Shown here piece after piece: positions 1-10,616 of a DNA stretch of 45,151 nt (position 1 is its first letter; each line of letters starts with the position of its first letter). The DNA is from an uncultured Gammaproteobacteria bacterium (lineage in GTDB: Bacteria; Pseudomonadota; Gammaproteobacteria; JACCXJ01): the NCBI GenBank assembly GCA_963764725.1, contig CAVXTM010000003.1, forward strand, positions 1 through 45,151, given 5' to 3'. The notes beneath the pieces are model-generated. The model had not been told where the DNA came from and made no database searches. It was given only the letters and a program-made list of their open reading frames with translations. The translations under genes were made by a program, and so were the position numbers.

Positions 1-95
1 TCAAAAGGGCTTTACCGCGTGAAACAAAGACTCGACGATTCTCGTTGTCTATCAGCAACCGTGCCCTCATTGCCACAGCCATTCCATTGATTTAA

Positions 96-712
<617 letters not shown>

Positions 713-831
713 ACGCGCGGTGAAGCGGTCGGCCCGATAGGACGAAGGACGCAGCTACCACAGGTGCGGACAGTATCAGTGCCCGTCGGTAGTTCAATTT
801 AGCTTTTTGTACTTTTCGGCCACAGCCAGAA

Positions 832-865
832 AAGACATGAAGTTGTCATCTACCATCGGTAGGGT
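832..865 (+). promoter_or_regulatory. Putative Pho box plus -10 upstream of the GT2 gene
   Basis: AAGACAT-GAAG-TTGTCAT (832-849), 10 bp, then TAGGGT. The first half-site is degenerate. Confidence 0.45.
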
Positions 866-966
866 ACATGCGTGGGGGACCGTGGCCTTCGTACCCGAAC
901 GCGCCGCTACGAGCGCTAAGCGCGCCGGACGTGGCGGAGATGGCTTTCACTCACAAGGTTTACGAG

Positions 967-1692
967 ATGAAGCTCGAAGAGATCACTCTCATCGTTCCGA
1001 CCAAGAACGAAGAGAAAAACATCGGAAAGTTTCTGTCTTCTCTGCCGCCGCACGTATGGCTGACGGTGGTTGACGCCAGTGATGACCGCACCGTGGCGCG
1101 TATACTGAAGCTTCGTCCAGAGCGCACAACGATCATTCATGAGCCATGCAACATCAGCATGGCGCGGCAGTGGGGTGCGGAGAAGGCTCACACTCGCTGG
1201 CTATTGTTCTCAGACGCCGATGTGGTGTTTCCGCAGGGTTATTTTGAACGCCTGAGCTCGCTCGCCGAGGACGACGTCATTTACGGACCCAAACTGTCCA
1301 CCGATCAATTCAAGCATTATTACCGTTGCTTCGCCTATGGCCAGGCGTTTTTTCATCGCCTCCGGATCCCTTCGGCCAGTGGCTCCAATCTGTTAATCCG
1401 CCGGACGGCCTGGACGCACGTTGGAGGCTTTGATACCCGATTGCCGTGTAACGAGGATTCAGAAATCGTCTGGCGCATCCGTAAGGCAGGGTTTCGCGTA
1501 ACTTTCGACCGCGAGCTTGTGGTTTACGCCACCGACCATCGGCGGCTTTATCGCGGCATCTGGCGTAAAACCGCCCATTCCTTGTTTTGCTGCGCTGTGC
1601 TTCGCTTTAACCTGTTGCCGCGTAGATGGCGCGGTTACGACTTCGGCTACTGGTCGGTGCCCCAGCCGGAAGAGCACAAGGCTTCGCATTAG
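967..1692 (+). CDS. Glycosyltransferase family 2
   Basis: Motifs LIVPTKNEE, VVDASDD, LLFSDAD (DxD) and GGFD..CNED. Start taken at MKLEE (967) rather than 868. Confidence 0.85.
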   Translation: MKLEEITLIVPTKNEEKNIGKFLSSLPPHVWLTVVDASDDRTVARILKLRPERTTIIHEPCNISMARQWGAEKAHTRWLLFSDADVVFPQGYFERLSSLAEDDVIYGPKLSTDQFKHYYRCFAYGQAFFHRLRIPSASGSNLLIRRTAWTHVGGFDTRLPCNEDSEIVWRIRKAGFRVTFDRELVVYATDHRRLYRGIWRKTAHSLFCCAVLRFNLLPRRWRGYDFGYWSVPQPEEHKASH

Positions 1693-1729
1693 CGTGTGAA
1701 CACTGGCCCTTAATGGACTGTCAAGATGG

Positions 1730-1758
1730 TCGCCATGGAACCGTAACGGAACGGTCAT
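1730..1758 (+). promoter_or_regulatory. Upstream Pho-box-like array (three half-sites)
   Basis: TCGCCAT-GGAA-CCGTAAC-GGAA-CGGTCAT with 11-bp period; no clear -10. Confidence 0.45.
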
Positions 1759-1861
1759 CAGGGCTAGATTTTGTGGGGGCAGCCGCGACCTCCGGGCTGC
1801 CCCTCTTCTCTTTGTGTGCACACCGGTTCTCGTCGAATACAACGTTCGCCGAGGTGAGCCC

Positions 1862-1917
1862 CCGTCACACTACCGTAACCTCCCTGCAACCTTTTTGACA
1901 CGCGCATCGAGTAGCAT
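1862..1917 (+). promoter_or_regulatory. Pho-box array (four half-sites) plus -10 for the phytase-like gene
   Basis: CCGTCAC-ACTA-CCGTAAC-CTCC-CTGCAAC-CTTT-TTGACAC, 10 bp, then TAGCAT. Confidence 0.7.
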
Positions 1918-2021
1918 CGCCCCGTTCGCGGAGTCTTTGAGACAAGCCTCGGCCGGAGTCCGTAACCAGCGCCAGGCACTGCCACCTACTGCACAACAAC
2001 GACCTGAGGAGGGAAAAGGAA

Positions 2022-4507
2022 GTGAAAAACATCACTACGGGACTATTGTTGGCTGGGTTCCTCGCTGGCGCGACGTCGAACGCGACGGAGGAGACAGACG
2101 GCCTTTTCTTCGGGCACGAACGCTCGACACACTTCCGCTTCCCGCCGCGCGAGAAGAGTTTCCAGCGCGTCGGCACGTTCGCCAACTATCTCAACAACGG
2201 AGACGACGCTGCCGATGAGACCGTCTCGGAGATCGTCGCCGCGACGGCGGACGGCAATACGCTCGTCTACACGGACGGCGTCCGGGGCACCATCGGCTTC
2301 ATCGACATCACCAACCCCGCGCAATCCGCAGCCGCTCGGCACCGTCATCCTCGACCCCAACCCGAGCGACGACACCGACTACAGTCCGACCTCGGTTGAC
2401 GTGCTCGGGAATCGAGTACGCACTGGTCGGCGCGAACACCAGCGAATCGCTGACGAACACGAGCGGCAAGCTCGTCGTCGTCGACATCGCGACCCGCGGC
2501 ATCGTCACCGAGATCGATCTCGGCGGCCAGCCCGACTCGGTCAAGATCAGCCCCGACCGCAAGTACGTCGCGATCGTGATCGAGAACGAACGCAACGAGG
2601 ACCTCTGCGTCGGCGGCACGCGAGAACGGTCACCGAGGTCGAGAGCGAGGACGACGTTCCGGGCGTGAACACGACCGAAGATTTGTGCGAGGACGGCGGG
2701 GGCGTCCTCGGCGGCCTGCCGCAGACCCCGTTCGGCAATCCCCCCGGGTACCTCGCGGTCATCAAGCTCAACGGCGCTCCGCTTGCCTGGGGACCACCCG
2801 GCGTCGTCAACCTCACCGGGCTGTCCGCCTATGCGCCGGAGGATCCGGAGCCCGAGTTCGTCGACATCAACGATCGCAATGAGGCGGTCGTGACGCTGCA
2901 GGAGAACAATCACGTCGTGATCGTCGACCTGCCGACGCCTCAAGGTCAAAGAACACTTTGGCATGGGCACGGTCACGCTCAGCGGCGTCGACCTCACCGA
3001 CGACGGCGTGATCTCCCTGACCGAAACGCAGGTCGACGTGCCGCGCGAGCCTGATGCGGTCGCCTGGGTGCCGGGACGCTTTGGCAAGCTCCCAACATTG
3101 CGACGGCCAACGAAGGCGACCTGTTCGGCGGCAGCCGCGGGTTCTCGATCTTCCGCCGCAATGGCACCGTCGCGTTCGACAGCGGCACCTCGCTCGAAGA
3201 GCTCGCCGTCCAGCACGGCCACTATCCGGAAGGTCGCTCCGATGCCAAGGGCACCGAGCCGGAGGCGATCGAATACGGCCGCTTCGGGGACGACGACTAT
3301 GTGTTCGTCGGCACCGAGCGCGGCAGCTTCGTCGCGGTCTACAAGCTCGACCACTTCGGGCAGCCGAGCTTCGAGCAGCTGCTGCCCGCGCCGCTCGGAC
3401 CGGAAGGGCTGCTGGCCATCCCGCAGCGCAATCTGCTGATCGCCTCGGGCGAAACCGACCTCGAGGACTTCGGCGTGCGATCGACGGTCATGATCTACGA
3501 GCTCAAGCGCGGCACGCCCGCTTACCCGCAGATCCTTTCGGATGACAGCGAGGGTTCGCCGATCCCTTGGTCCGCGCTGTCCGGCATGGTCTCGATTCCC
3601 TGGCAGCAGGATTCCCTGCTTGCGGTCTGGGACTCGGTCCTATAGCCAGAGCAACATCTTCCGCATCGACGTCTCGGAGCGGCCGGCGGTGATCACCGAC
3701 GTGCTGACGATCCAGGGCGGCAGCGGCAATTACGATCCGGAGGGCATCGCCATCGCACCCGATCACACCCTGTGGATCGCGAGCGAAGGCAACGCCGACG
3801 ACAGCGTGCCCCAACCTCCTCGTGAAGGCCGACTTCAACGGCAACGTGCTCGCCGAGATTGGCCTGCCGCCGGAGATCATCGCCTGCCGCGCGGCGACCG
3901 ACGCAGGCCCGCCGGGCACGCTCGGCTCGGGCTTCGAGGGCGTCGCCGTGCTGCGCTCTCCTGCCTCCGGCACGCCGGCTACCGGCTGGTGGTGGCCCAG
4001 CAGCGCGGTTGGGACTACACCACACCCGAGTGCGAAGATCTGGACGACGATGCCGGCGGCCTGAACGCCAGCGGCGAGCCGAACCGGACGCGCATCTGGA
4101 TCTACGATCCGAAGACCGACGCCTGGGATCACATCGCCTGGGAGCTTGCGCCGAAGCCGGCGAACGCGACCTGGGTCGGGCTCTCGGAGATCACGGAAGT
4201 GCCAGGTGGCGACTACATCCTGATCGAGCGGGACAACCGCACCGGCGATTTCGCCGTGCTCAAGACGCTCGTGAAGATCGACCGGCACGCAGCCGCCGAC
4301 AAGCTCATCAGCAACAGCGAGAAAGCCGTCTACGATCTGCTCCCCCATCTCATCGCCACCAACGGCTGGATCACCGACAAGCCCGAAGGAGTCGCGGTGA
4401 CCTCGACCGGCCGGACGTACGTGGTGACGGACAACGACGGCGTCGACGACTGGTCCGGCGAGTCCTGGTTCTTCGATCTCGGCCGCTTCTGGCGGCTGTT
4501 CCCCTGA
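2022..4507 (+). CDS. Secreted beta-propeller / esterase-like-activity-of-phytase family phosphatase, multiple frameshifts
   Basis: Signal peptide MKNITTGLLLAGFLAGA. Motifs spread over several frames: YTDG, GGQPDSV, EPEFVDIN..VTLQENNH, GTEPEAI, FVGTERG, GPEGLL, DPEGIA, GFEGVA, LSEIT, LIERDN, KPEGVA, VTDNDG. Confidence 0.75.
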
Positions 4508-4560
4508 CGCGGAAACACCCGCCGCCACCGGATCGACCGCAGCAGGGGACAGCGCAGCAA

Positions 4561-4656
4561 AAGACGGTGAGCCTTGCGCTTCAGGGTGGCGGTGCCCACG
4601 GCGCTTTCACCTGGGGGGTGCTCGATCGCTTGTTGGAGGATGAGCGCCTGGAGGTG
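4561..4656 (+). pseudogene. N-terminal fragment of a patatin-like phospholipase
   Basis: KTVSLALQGGGAHGAFTWGVLDRLLEDERLE is the patatin Gly-rich loop. Similarity ends before the GxSxG motif. Confidence 0.75.
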
Positions 4657-4803
4657 CTGCGCCACCAGGTTGCCCACAGTCTGAAAATAGCGGGCGTTAT
4701 CTTGCACGGACTTCTCACCTGCCTGGATGCGGGCCTCTCGATCCCAACGGGCTTCGTTAATGAAAGACTCTTTAACTAAAGACTCTGCGATTGCATTCAT
4801 TCT

Positions 4804-5316
4804 CTACTCCACGATGTCATAGCCGTGCGGCAAAAAAAAGTTCACGCGCTGTTGTGCACGTGGTCTTGCCATCTCTGCGTGGCGCTTGAACAATTCGCCG
4901 GCAAGCTGGCGCAATTGCCTCGCGAGATCCCAAACAACCACAAAACATTCCTTAATCTGCTGTGCGGGCGTGCGTCCATCGACAGAAGGTTCTTGCAGCC
5001 CCGCACCTACTTGTTGCTTGAGCCCGCCGATGCGTTTCATGAAAAACTCGTCCAGGTTGGAATGGACGATGGCGAGGAACTTCACCCGCTCCAACAACGG
5101 CGTGCGCTCGTCCGCGGCCTCATGCAACACGCGCCGGTTAAATGCGAGCCAGGTCAGCTCACGATTGAGATACCACTCGGGCGCGTCGAGATCAAAGCTC
5201 TTGGAACGGATCGCTAGGCCCTCATTGGGATCAGGATCGAACTCGATCGGTTTGAGCTTGGGTGTTGTTCGTTTCGCCGGTCGATTGGCCGGCTCCATCG
5301 TCGTCTTTGTATCCAT
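4804..5316 (-). pseudogene. ppk1: Polyphosphate kinase 1, N-terminal fragment only
   Basis: YLNRELTWLAFNRRVLHEA..PLLERVKFLAI..SNLDEFFMKRIGGL. About 170 aa against ~700 aa for PPK1; similarity is lost near 4880. Confidence 0.85.
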
Positions 5317-5456
5317 GGTGGCGCAATCTGCAGAACTCAAGAACCAAAGAAGGAGGTGCCATCCCTGGCGTTTGATTCCGCCCAGTCTCTGTACGGATAG
5401 GTTTCACACCCTGCCAACGAACCAGACCGACTTTCGTGGCAGTTAGCGACAATTGG

Positions 5457-5490
5457 ACCTTAACGCATCGTTGTGACAAAACGATGACCG
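5457..5490 (-). promoter_or_regulatory. Pho box plus -10 for ppk1
   Basis: Minus strand CGGTCAT-CGTT-TTGTCAC (5490-5473), 10 bp, then TAAGGT. Confidence 0.7.
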
Positions 5491-5551
5491 TGCGATGCGG
5501 CAGTGACCTTGCGTAGCGAGCCGGCACACACACGTGACCGGGCGGTGCATG

Positions 5552-5586
5552 TTGTCATAAAACGGTCATATTTCTTTGCTACAACC
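5552..5586 (+). promoter_or_regulatory. Pho box plus -10 facing arsC/corA
   Basis: TTGTCAT-AAAA-CGGTCAT (5552-5569), 10 bp, then TACAAC. Confidence 0.7.
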
Positions 5587-5767
5587 CGCCTGTCATCCTC
5601 GGCGGCGGAACGGGCACCGAGGTTACCCGTGCAAGAGCAACGAGACGGGTTGGCATCGCTCACCAGAACAGATGTCCCACAAAGCCCCATAGTGGTACGG
5701 CGCAGCGCCGCCGCTGGGGCAAACTAAATGGCCATAAACGCTAACAGGCCGCGGAGGGTGAGGGGAA

Positions 5768-6301
5768 ATGTCCGACAGGATATACAATGTCCTATTCCTA
5801 TGCACCGGCAACTCGGCCCGCAGCATTTTCGCGGAGTCGATAATGAATCGCCTCGGGCGCGGGAAGTTCCATGCATTCAGCGCCGGCAGCCATCCAAAAG
5901 GGAAAGTGCATCCGCTTGCGTTGAACCTGCTTCAGCGTCTCAACTTCTCGCCTGAAGGGCTCCGCAGCAAGGGCTGGGAGGAGTTCTCGGGTTCGTCTGC
6001 ACCAGCTATGGATTTCGTCTTCACGGTCTGTGACCGGGCAGCCGCCGAGGTATGCCCAGTGTGGCCCGGACAGCCCATGACTGCCCATTGGGGTGTCGCA
6101 GATCCAGCCGAAGCCCAAGGCACCGACTTGGAGCGCCTGCAAGCGTTCCGCACCGCTTTCAAGGAGCTGGAGAATCGCATTGCGATTTTCATCAATCTGC
6201 CGATCGCGTCCCTGGATCACCTCAAGCTCCAAGAACGGCTCCACGACATTGGGCGCGCGCGTGCTGCGGTCGAGGTCGAACCTTCCAGCCCCTCGGCCTA
6301 G
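5768..6301 (+). CDS. arsC: Arsenate reductase, LMW-PTP/thioredoxin-type (copy 1)
   Basis: VLFLCTGNSARS P-loop, FTVCD..EVCPVWPGQPMTAHWG. Confidence 0.9.
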   Translation: MSDRIYNVLFLCTGNSARSIFAESIMNRLGRGKFHAFSAGSHPKGKVHPLALNLLQRLNFSPEGLRSKGWEEFSGSSAPAMDFVFTVCDRAAAEVCPVWPGQPMTAHWGVADPAEAQGTDLERLQAFRTAFKELENRIAIFINLPIASLDHLKLQERLHDIGRARAAVEVEPSSPSA

Positions 6302-6449
6302 CATCACGCGCGTCGTCGCGGCTTCGCGCAGCCGTTCTCGTCGAACGGATAAAGGCCTGCGGCTCGCAGCGCTGCAGGGGTTCGCGAAGCATCTCAACGG
6401 CAAATCGCATGGCTAAGCGGGGCCCGCGCCGTTCCTTCCCTCGTCCCGC

Positions 6450-7478
6450 ATGACCTCAGCGACTGCTGCCACTACTGCCGAGGGTCGAAACCTCGAACTC
6501 GAGCGCGCCCGAGTCCACGGCTTTATCTACGGCGTCCTTTGGGAACCTGATCGACCGGGCCGCGAGCTCACATGGGAGGATCTGGACGGTGCGTTGCTCG
6601 ACCCCGATGCGGTGCTCTGGCTGCACTTCAATGCCGCGAACGCACACGCGCGGGAATGGCTCAGCCAGTGCCCGCGTCTGCCCGAGGCGCTACGGCGTTT
6701 CCTGCTCGATCGCGATGATCGCAAGCGCTTGGACCTCGTCGCAGAGGGAATCATCGGTGTGATCAGCGACGTGCATTATGGTTTCGACTTCGACCCCGGT
6801 CAGATCGCCCTACTGCGCTTTTATCTTGATGCCCGCTGCCTGATCAGCACCCGCCACCAGCCGCTTAGTGCGACCGATGAGCTGCGCAGGGTGATCCGCG
6901 GGGGCCTTCGTGTGGAGAACACCGCGAGCCTGCTGGCGAACCTCTTCGAGCTACAGGCTGCAATGCTAGGGAACGTCGCGGCGCGCCTCAACCGCGAGGT
7001 CGGGGACATCGAGGACCAGGTCCTTGCCGAACGCATCCACGACCAACGCGGAAAGCTCGGGGCGATCCGCCGTCTGGCGGTGCGTCTGCATCGGCATTTT
7101 GCGCCGGAGCTGCGCTCGCTGCAACACCTATGCGCGCGTCACCCGGCTTGGTTTCGAGACACCGATGTACGGGGGCTGCGGCAGCGGACGGAGGAATTGA
7201 ACGAGGTGGTCGACGATCTGGACACCATCCAGGAGCGCGCCAAACTCCTCCAAGAAGAGCTCGCGGGACGCGTTGCGGAAATGACCAGCCGCAACCTCGT
7301 CATATTGTCAATCGTGACTACCGTGTTTCTACCGATCACTCTGATCACCGGCATTTTCGGAATGAATGTCGCCGGCCTCCCCGGATTGGAGGATCGGTCG
7401 GCGTTCTGGTGGGTGATGATGGGGATGGCCGGCGTAGTGCTCGTTCTGCTCATACTCCTGCATTGGAAGCGGCTTTAA
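6450..7478 (+). CDS. CorA/ZntB family divalent metal transporter
   Basis: WLHF motif, coiled-coil stalk, and two C-terminal TM helices with FLPITLITGIFGMNV (GMN motif). Confidence 0.9.
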   Translation: MTSATAATTAEGRNLELERARVHGFIYGVLWEPDRPGRELTWEDLDGALLDPDAVLWLHFNAANAHAREWLSQCPRLPEALRRFLLDRDDRKRLDLVAEGIIGVISDVHYGFDFDPGQIALLRFYLDARCLISTRHQPLSATDELRRVIRGGLRVENTASLLANLFELQAAMLGNVAARLNREVGDIEDQVLAERIHDQRGKLGAIRRLAVRLHRHFAPELRSLQHLCARHPAWFRDTDVRGLRQRTEELNEVVDDLDTIQERAKLLQEELAGRVAEMTSRNLVILSIVTTVFLPITLITGIFGMNVAGLPGLEDRSAFWWVMMGMAGVVLVLLILLHWKRL

Positions 7479-7621
7479 GGAAGCTCTGCAAAAGTTACTG
7501 CGCAGCCCATCTGCTTTGTCGCGTGCTCGCCGTCGCTCGCCTATCTACCTGATATGTCTCGCGACTCGCTCCGCGGCTTCGCGCATCTGGGCTTGCTCGT
7601 GACACTCTTGCAGAGCTTCCC
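7478..7621. mobile_element. MITE-like element, copy 1 (144 bp)
   Basis: Terminal inverted repeats AGGAAGCTCTGCAAAAG...CTCTTGCAGAGCTTCCC, flanked by TA on both sides; near-identical to 12070-12214; no coding capacity. Confidence 0.75.
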
Positions 7622-7647
7622 TAGCCGCTCACCGGCCCAAGGAGGGG

Positions 7648-8367
7648 CTAGCTATCCTTCACATGGGTCTCCCGGTGCGCAGCAGGTGGTCGCACATCCT
7701 CGCCCGTAACCTGATAGATCACGTTTTCACGCAGGTTAACGGTATATTCGCCGATGCGCTCGAGCGCGTTCAGCGCCAGCACCACGGCGATCACTTGGCC
7801 TATCATGCGCGCGTCCTCCAGCACGAAGGTGGTCAGACGCCGTAGATCGGAGGAGAGCCAAGAAAGAAGCTCTTTGCGCGCCCCCAGGCCCTCCTCCGCC
7901 GACGTCACATCCCCGCGGTCGAAGATCTCAAGCGCTTGCCGCAGGCGTCCAGAAACCGCGCGTCCCATCCCGATCACGTTCTTCAAGAGCGTTTCCGGCG
8001 GGCTATTGGTCTCCTCGTCGAAGGCATTGACTACAAACTCCGCTACCCGTATCACCTTCTCCTCGATCCGGCCTAGATCGACCAACACCTTGGACATACC
8101 GATCACCGCGCGCAGGTCCTTGGCAACTGGGGTACGCTTGGCGATCACTTGGACGATCTCGGCATCGATCATCTTCTCGAGGTCGCGCACCGTTTCGTCG
8201 CGCTCGATGACCTGGCGCGCTCGGGAGGGATCCCACTGGTCCAAGGCCTTGAGCGTCACGTTGAGCTGCTCGAGCACGATTCCGCCCATCTCCAGCACCC
8301 GGATATGAGCATTGGTGAGTTCAGCGTCGTAGCGGCGCATGGTATGCCCTTCGAGTTGAGCGTTCAT
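7648..8367 (-). CDS. phoU: Phosphate signalling complex protein PhoU
   Basis: PVAKDLR, ALERIGE, YQVTGEDVR; last gene of the pst operon. Confidence 0.9.
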   Translation of the reverse strand: MNAQLEGHTMRRYDAELTNAHIRVLEMGGIVLEQLNVTLKALDQWDPSRARQVIERDETVRDLEKMIDAEIVQVIAKRTPVAKDLRAVIGMSKVLVDLGRIEEKVIRVAEFVVNAFDEETNSPPETLLKNVIGMGRAVSGRLRQALEIFDRGDVTSAEEGLGARKELLSWLSSDLRRLTTFVLEDARMIGQVIAVVLALNALERIGEYTVNLRENVIYQVTGEDVRPPAAHRETHVKDS

Positions 8368-8383
8368 AAGGGATATGCCTCCA

Positions 8384-9265
8384 TCAGCCGAAACGGCCCG
8401 TGATGTAATCCTCGGTTAAGGGATGCAAGGGATTGGTAAACACCTGGTCCGTCGCGCCGACCTCGATCAGATCACCAAGGTGAAAATAAGCGGTGCGCTG
8501 GGAGACGCGCGCGGCCTGCTGCATCGAGTGGGTGACGATGGCGATGGTGAAATTCTGGCGCAGCTCGTCCATCAGATCCTCAATCTTCGCGGTGGCAATG
8601 GGATCGAGCGCCGAGCAAGGTTCATCCATCAAGATCACTTCGGGGCTCACGGCGATGGTGCGTGCGATACAAAGGCGTTGCTGCTGACCGCCCGAGAGGC
8701 CGGTCCCGGGTTGCTGCAATCGGTCTTTCACTTCAGTCCAGAGACCGGCACGCTCGAGACTATGCTGAACTATCTCCTCCAGGTCCGTCTTGTCGTTCGC
8801 GAGGCCGTGAATCCGCACGCCATAGGCGATGTTCTCGAATATGGACTTCGGAAAGGGGTTGGGCTTCTGGAATACCATGCCGACCTGGGCGCGCAGCGGC
8901 ACCACGTCCATCCTCTTATCGTAGATGTCCGTTTCGTCGAGCTTGATCTCGCCGGCCACGCGACAGCCCTCGACCGTGTCGTTCATTCGGTTCAGACAGC
9001 GTATGAACGTCGACTTGCCGCAACCCGAGGGGCCGATCATCGCTATGACCTCGTTGGCGCCGATATCGAGCGAGAGATCACGAATCGCTTGCTTGTCGCC
9101 GTAGTAGACATCGACCTTGCGGCAGGTCATGCGCGGATTCTTTACAAAGGGATCACCGACCGTCCTACGATCTTCGCGGTCTATCGCCACCTTGGGCTTC
9201 AGCGATTCGACCGTCGTCTCGGGAACGCTGCGTTGCACCTGTTGCTTCTCGATTACGGATTCCAT
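8384..9265 (-). CDS. pstB: Phosphate ABC transporter ATP-binding protein
   Basis: [53 protein letters not shown]. Confidence 0.97.
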   Translation of the reverse strand: MESVIEKQQVQRSVPETTVESLKPKVAIDREDRRTVGDPFVKNPRMTCRKVDVYYGDKQAIRDLSLDIGANEVIAMIGPSGCGKSTFIRCLNRMNDTVEGCRVAGEIKLDETDIYDKRMDVVPLRAQVGMVFQKPNPFPKSIFENIAYGVRIHGLANDKTDLEEIVQHSLERAGLWTEVKDRLQQPGTGLSGGQQQRLCIARTIAVSPEVILMDEPCSALDPIATAKIEDLMDELRQNFTIAIVTHSMQQAARVSQRTAYFHLGDLIEVGATDQVFTNPLHPLTEDYITGRFG

Positions 9266-9290
9266 TAGCTTCCTCTATCAGACGTTGTGG

Positions 9291-10616
9291 TTACCAGCGG
9301 CGCTCAAAACGCTTGCGCAACACGATCGCGACCGAATTCATCAAGACCATGAACACCAGGAGCACCATGATTGCCGCCGACGTGCGTTCCATGAAGGCCC
9401 GCTCCGGGCTGTCGGCCCAGAGATAGATCTGCACCGGCAAGCCCGTGGCGGGATCCATAACCCCCCGAGGGATGTCGGCGATGAAGGCCACCATGCCGAT
9501 CATGAGGAGCGGTGCGGTCTCACCGAGGGCGCGCGCCATGCCGATGATGGTGCCGGTGAGCATTCCGGGCATCGCCAAGGGCACCACGTGGTGAAATACC
9601 GTCTGCACCTTGGAGGCGCCGATTCCCAACGCGCCGTCGCGTATGGACGGCGGCACGGCCTTCAGCGCCGAACGGCTTGCGACGATGATGATGGGCAGGG
9701 TCATGAGCGCCAGGACGATGCCGCCGACCAAGGGCGCCGAGCGCGGCAAGCCGATAAAATTGATGAACACTGCCAGGCCGAGCAACCCGAAGACGATGGA
9801 TGGGACGGCCGCGAGATTGTTTATGTTGACCTCGATGAGGTCCGTCCAACGGCTCTTGCGCGCGAACTCCTCGAGATAGATCGCCGCGGAGACGCCGATC
9901 GGGAAGGACAGGAGCAAGGTAACGAGGAGCGTATAGAAGGAGCCTACCGTGGCGCCCCAAATCCCCGAAAGCTCGGGTTCGCGCGAATCGCCGCCCGTGA
10001 AGAATGTGGTATTAAAACGCTTCTCGATCTGCCCCCGCCGGATGAGCTGGTCGATCCAGGCGACTTGCTTGGCTTGCAGTCCCGCAGCGGCACCTGTCGC
10101 ATCACGCTCGCTGTGGCCTTTCATAAGCATATCGACGGTGTCGCTCGCGGTCACCCAGACCTTCTGCTTCGTACCTACCACTCCCGGATCCTCGAGCACC
10201 TTCTTGCGTAGCTCGAACGCTGCGCCGCTGCTCAGCAGGTCTGATAGCGCCCGCTTGTCGGTCCGTGCCGTGACCTCCGGGAACACGCTCGCAAGCGCGC
10301 GTTTGACCAGTCCGCCGTAATCCGCTGCGGATAGGACCGCCGGGTCGCGTTTACCCTCGGGGTCGATGACTTGAGGGTCGAAATAGACCTCCAGCCCGAT
10401 GCGGGTCTGCCAGATCGCTTGATGACCGGTGGCGATGATGCTCGCGAACAGCGCCGCCACGAAGATGAAGCTCACGACCACCGCCAGCCAGCCGAAGAAG
10501 CGGAACCGCCGCTCGCGGGCGTAACGGCGGGCCAGCCCTGCGCGAACGGTATCGATGGCCCTGGGGCGCTCGGGGGTCTTTGCTTTTGTACCTAGGCCGT
10601 CGGTCGCGCTATTCAT
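9291..10616 (-). CDS. pstA: Phosphate ABC transporter permease PstA
   Basis: AIYLEEF, NLAAVPSIVFGLLG, ARALGETAPL. Confidence 0.95.
   Translation of the reverse strand: MNSATDGLGTKAKTPERPRAIDTVRAGLARRYARERRFRFFGWLAVVVSFIFVAALFASIIATGHQAIWQTRIGLEVYFDPQVIDPEGKRDPAVLSAADYGGLVKRALASVFPEVTARTDKRALSDLLSSGAAFELRKKVLEDPGVVGTKQKVWVTASDTVDMLMKGHSERDATGAAAGLQAKQVAWIDQLIRRGQIEKRFNTTFFTGGDSREPELSGIWGATVGSFYTLLVTLLLSFPIGVSAAIYLEEFARKSRWTDLIEVNINNLAAVPSIVFGLLGLAVFINFIGLPRSAPLVGGIVLALMTLPIIIVASRSALKAVPPSIRDGALGIGASKVQTVFHHVVPLAMPGMLTGTIIGMARALGETAPLLMIGMVAFIADIPRGVMDPATGLPVQIYLWADSPERAFMERTSAAIMVLLVFMVLMNSVAIVLRKRFERRW

Noticed and set aside
6299-6417. Possible third MITE after arsC-1 (shares CGCGGCTTCGCGCA with the MITE; TAG/TAA ends)
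   Set aside because: No convincing terminal inverted repeat and only a 14-bp match.
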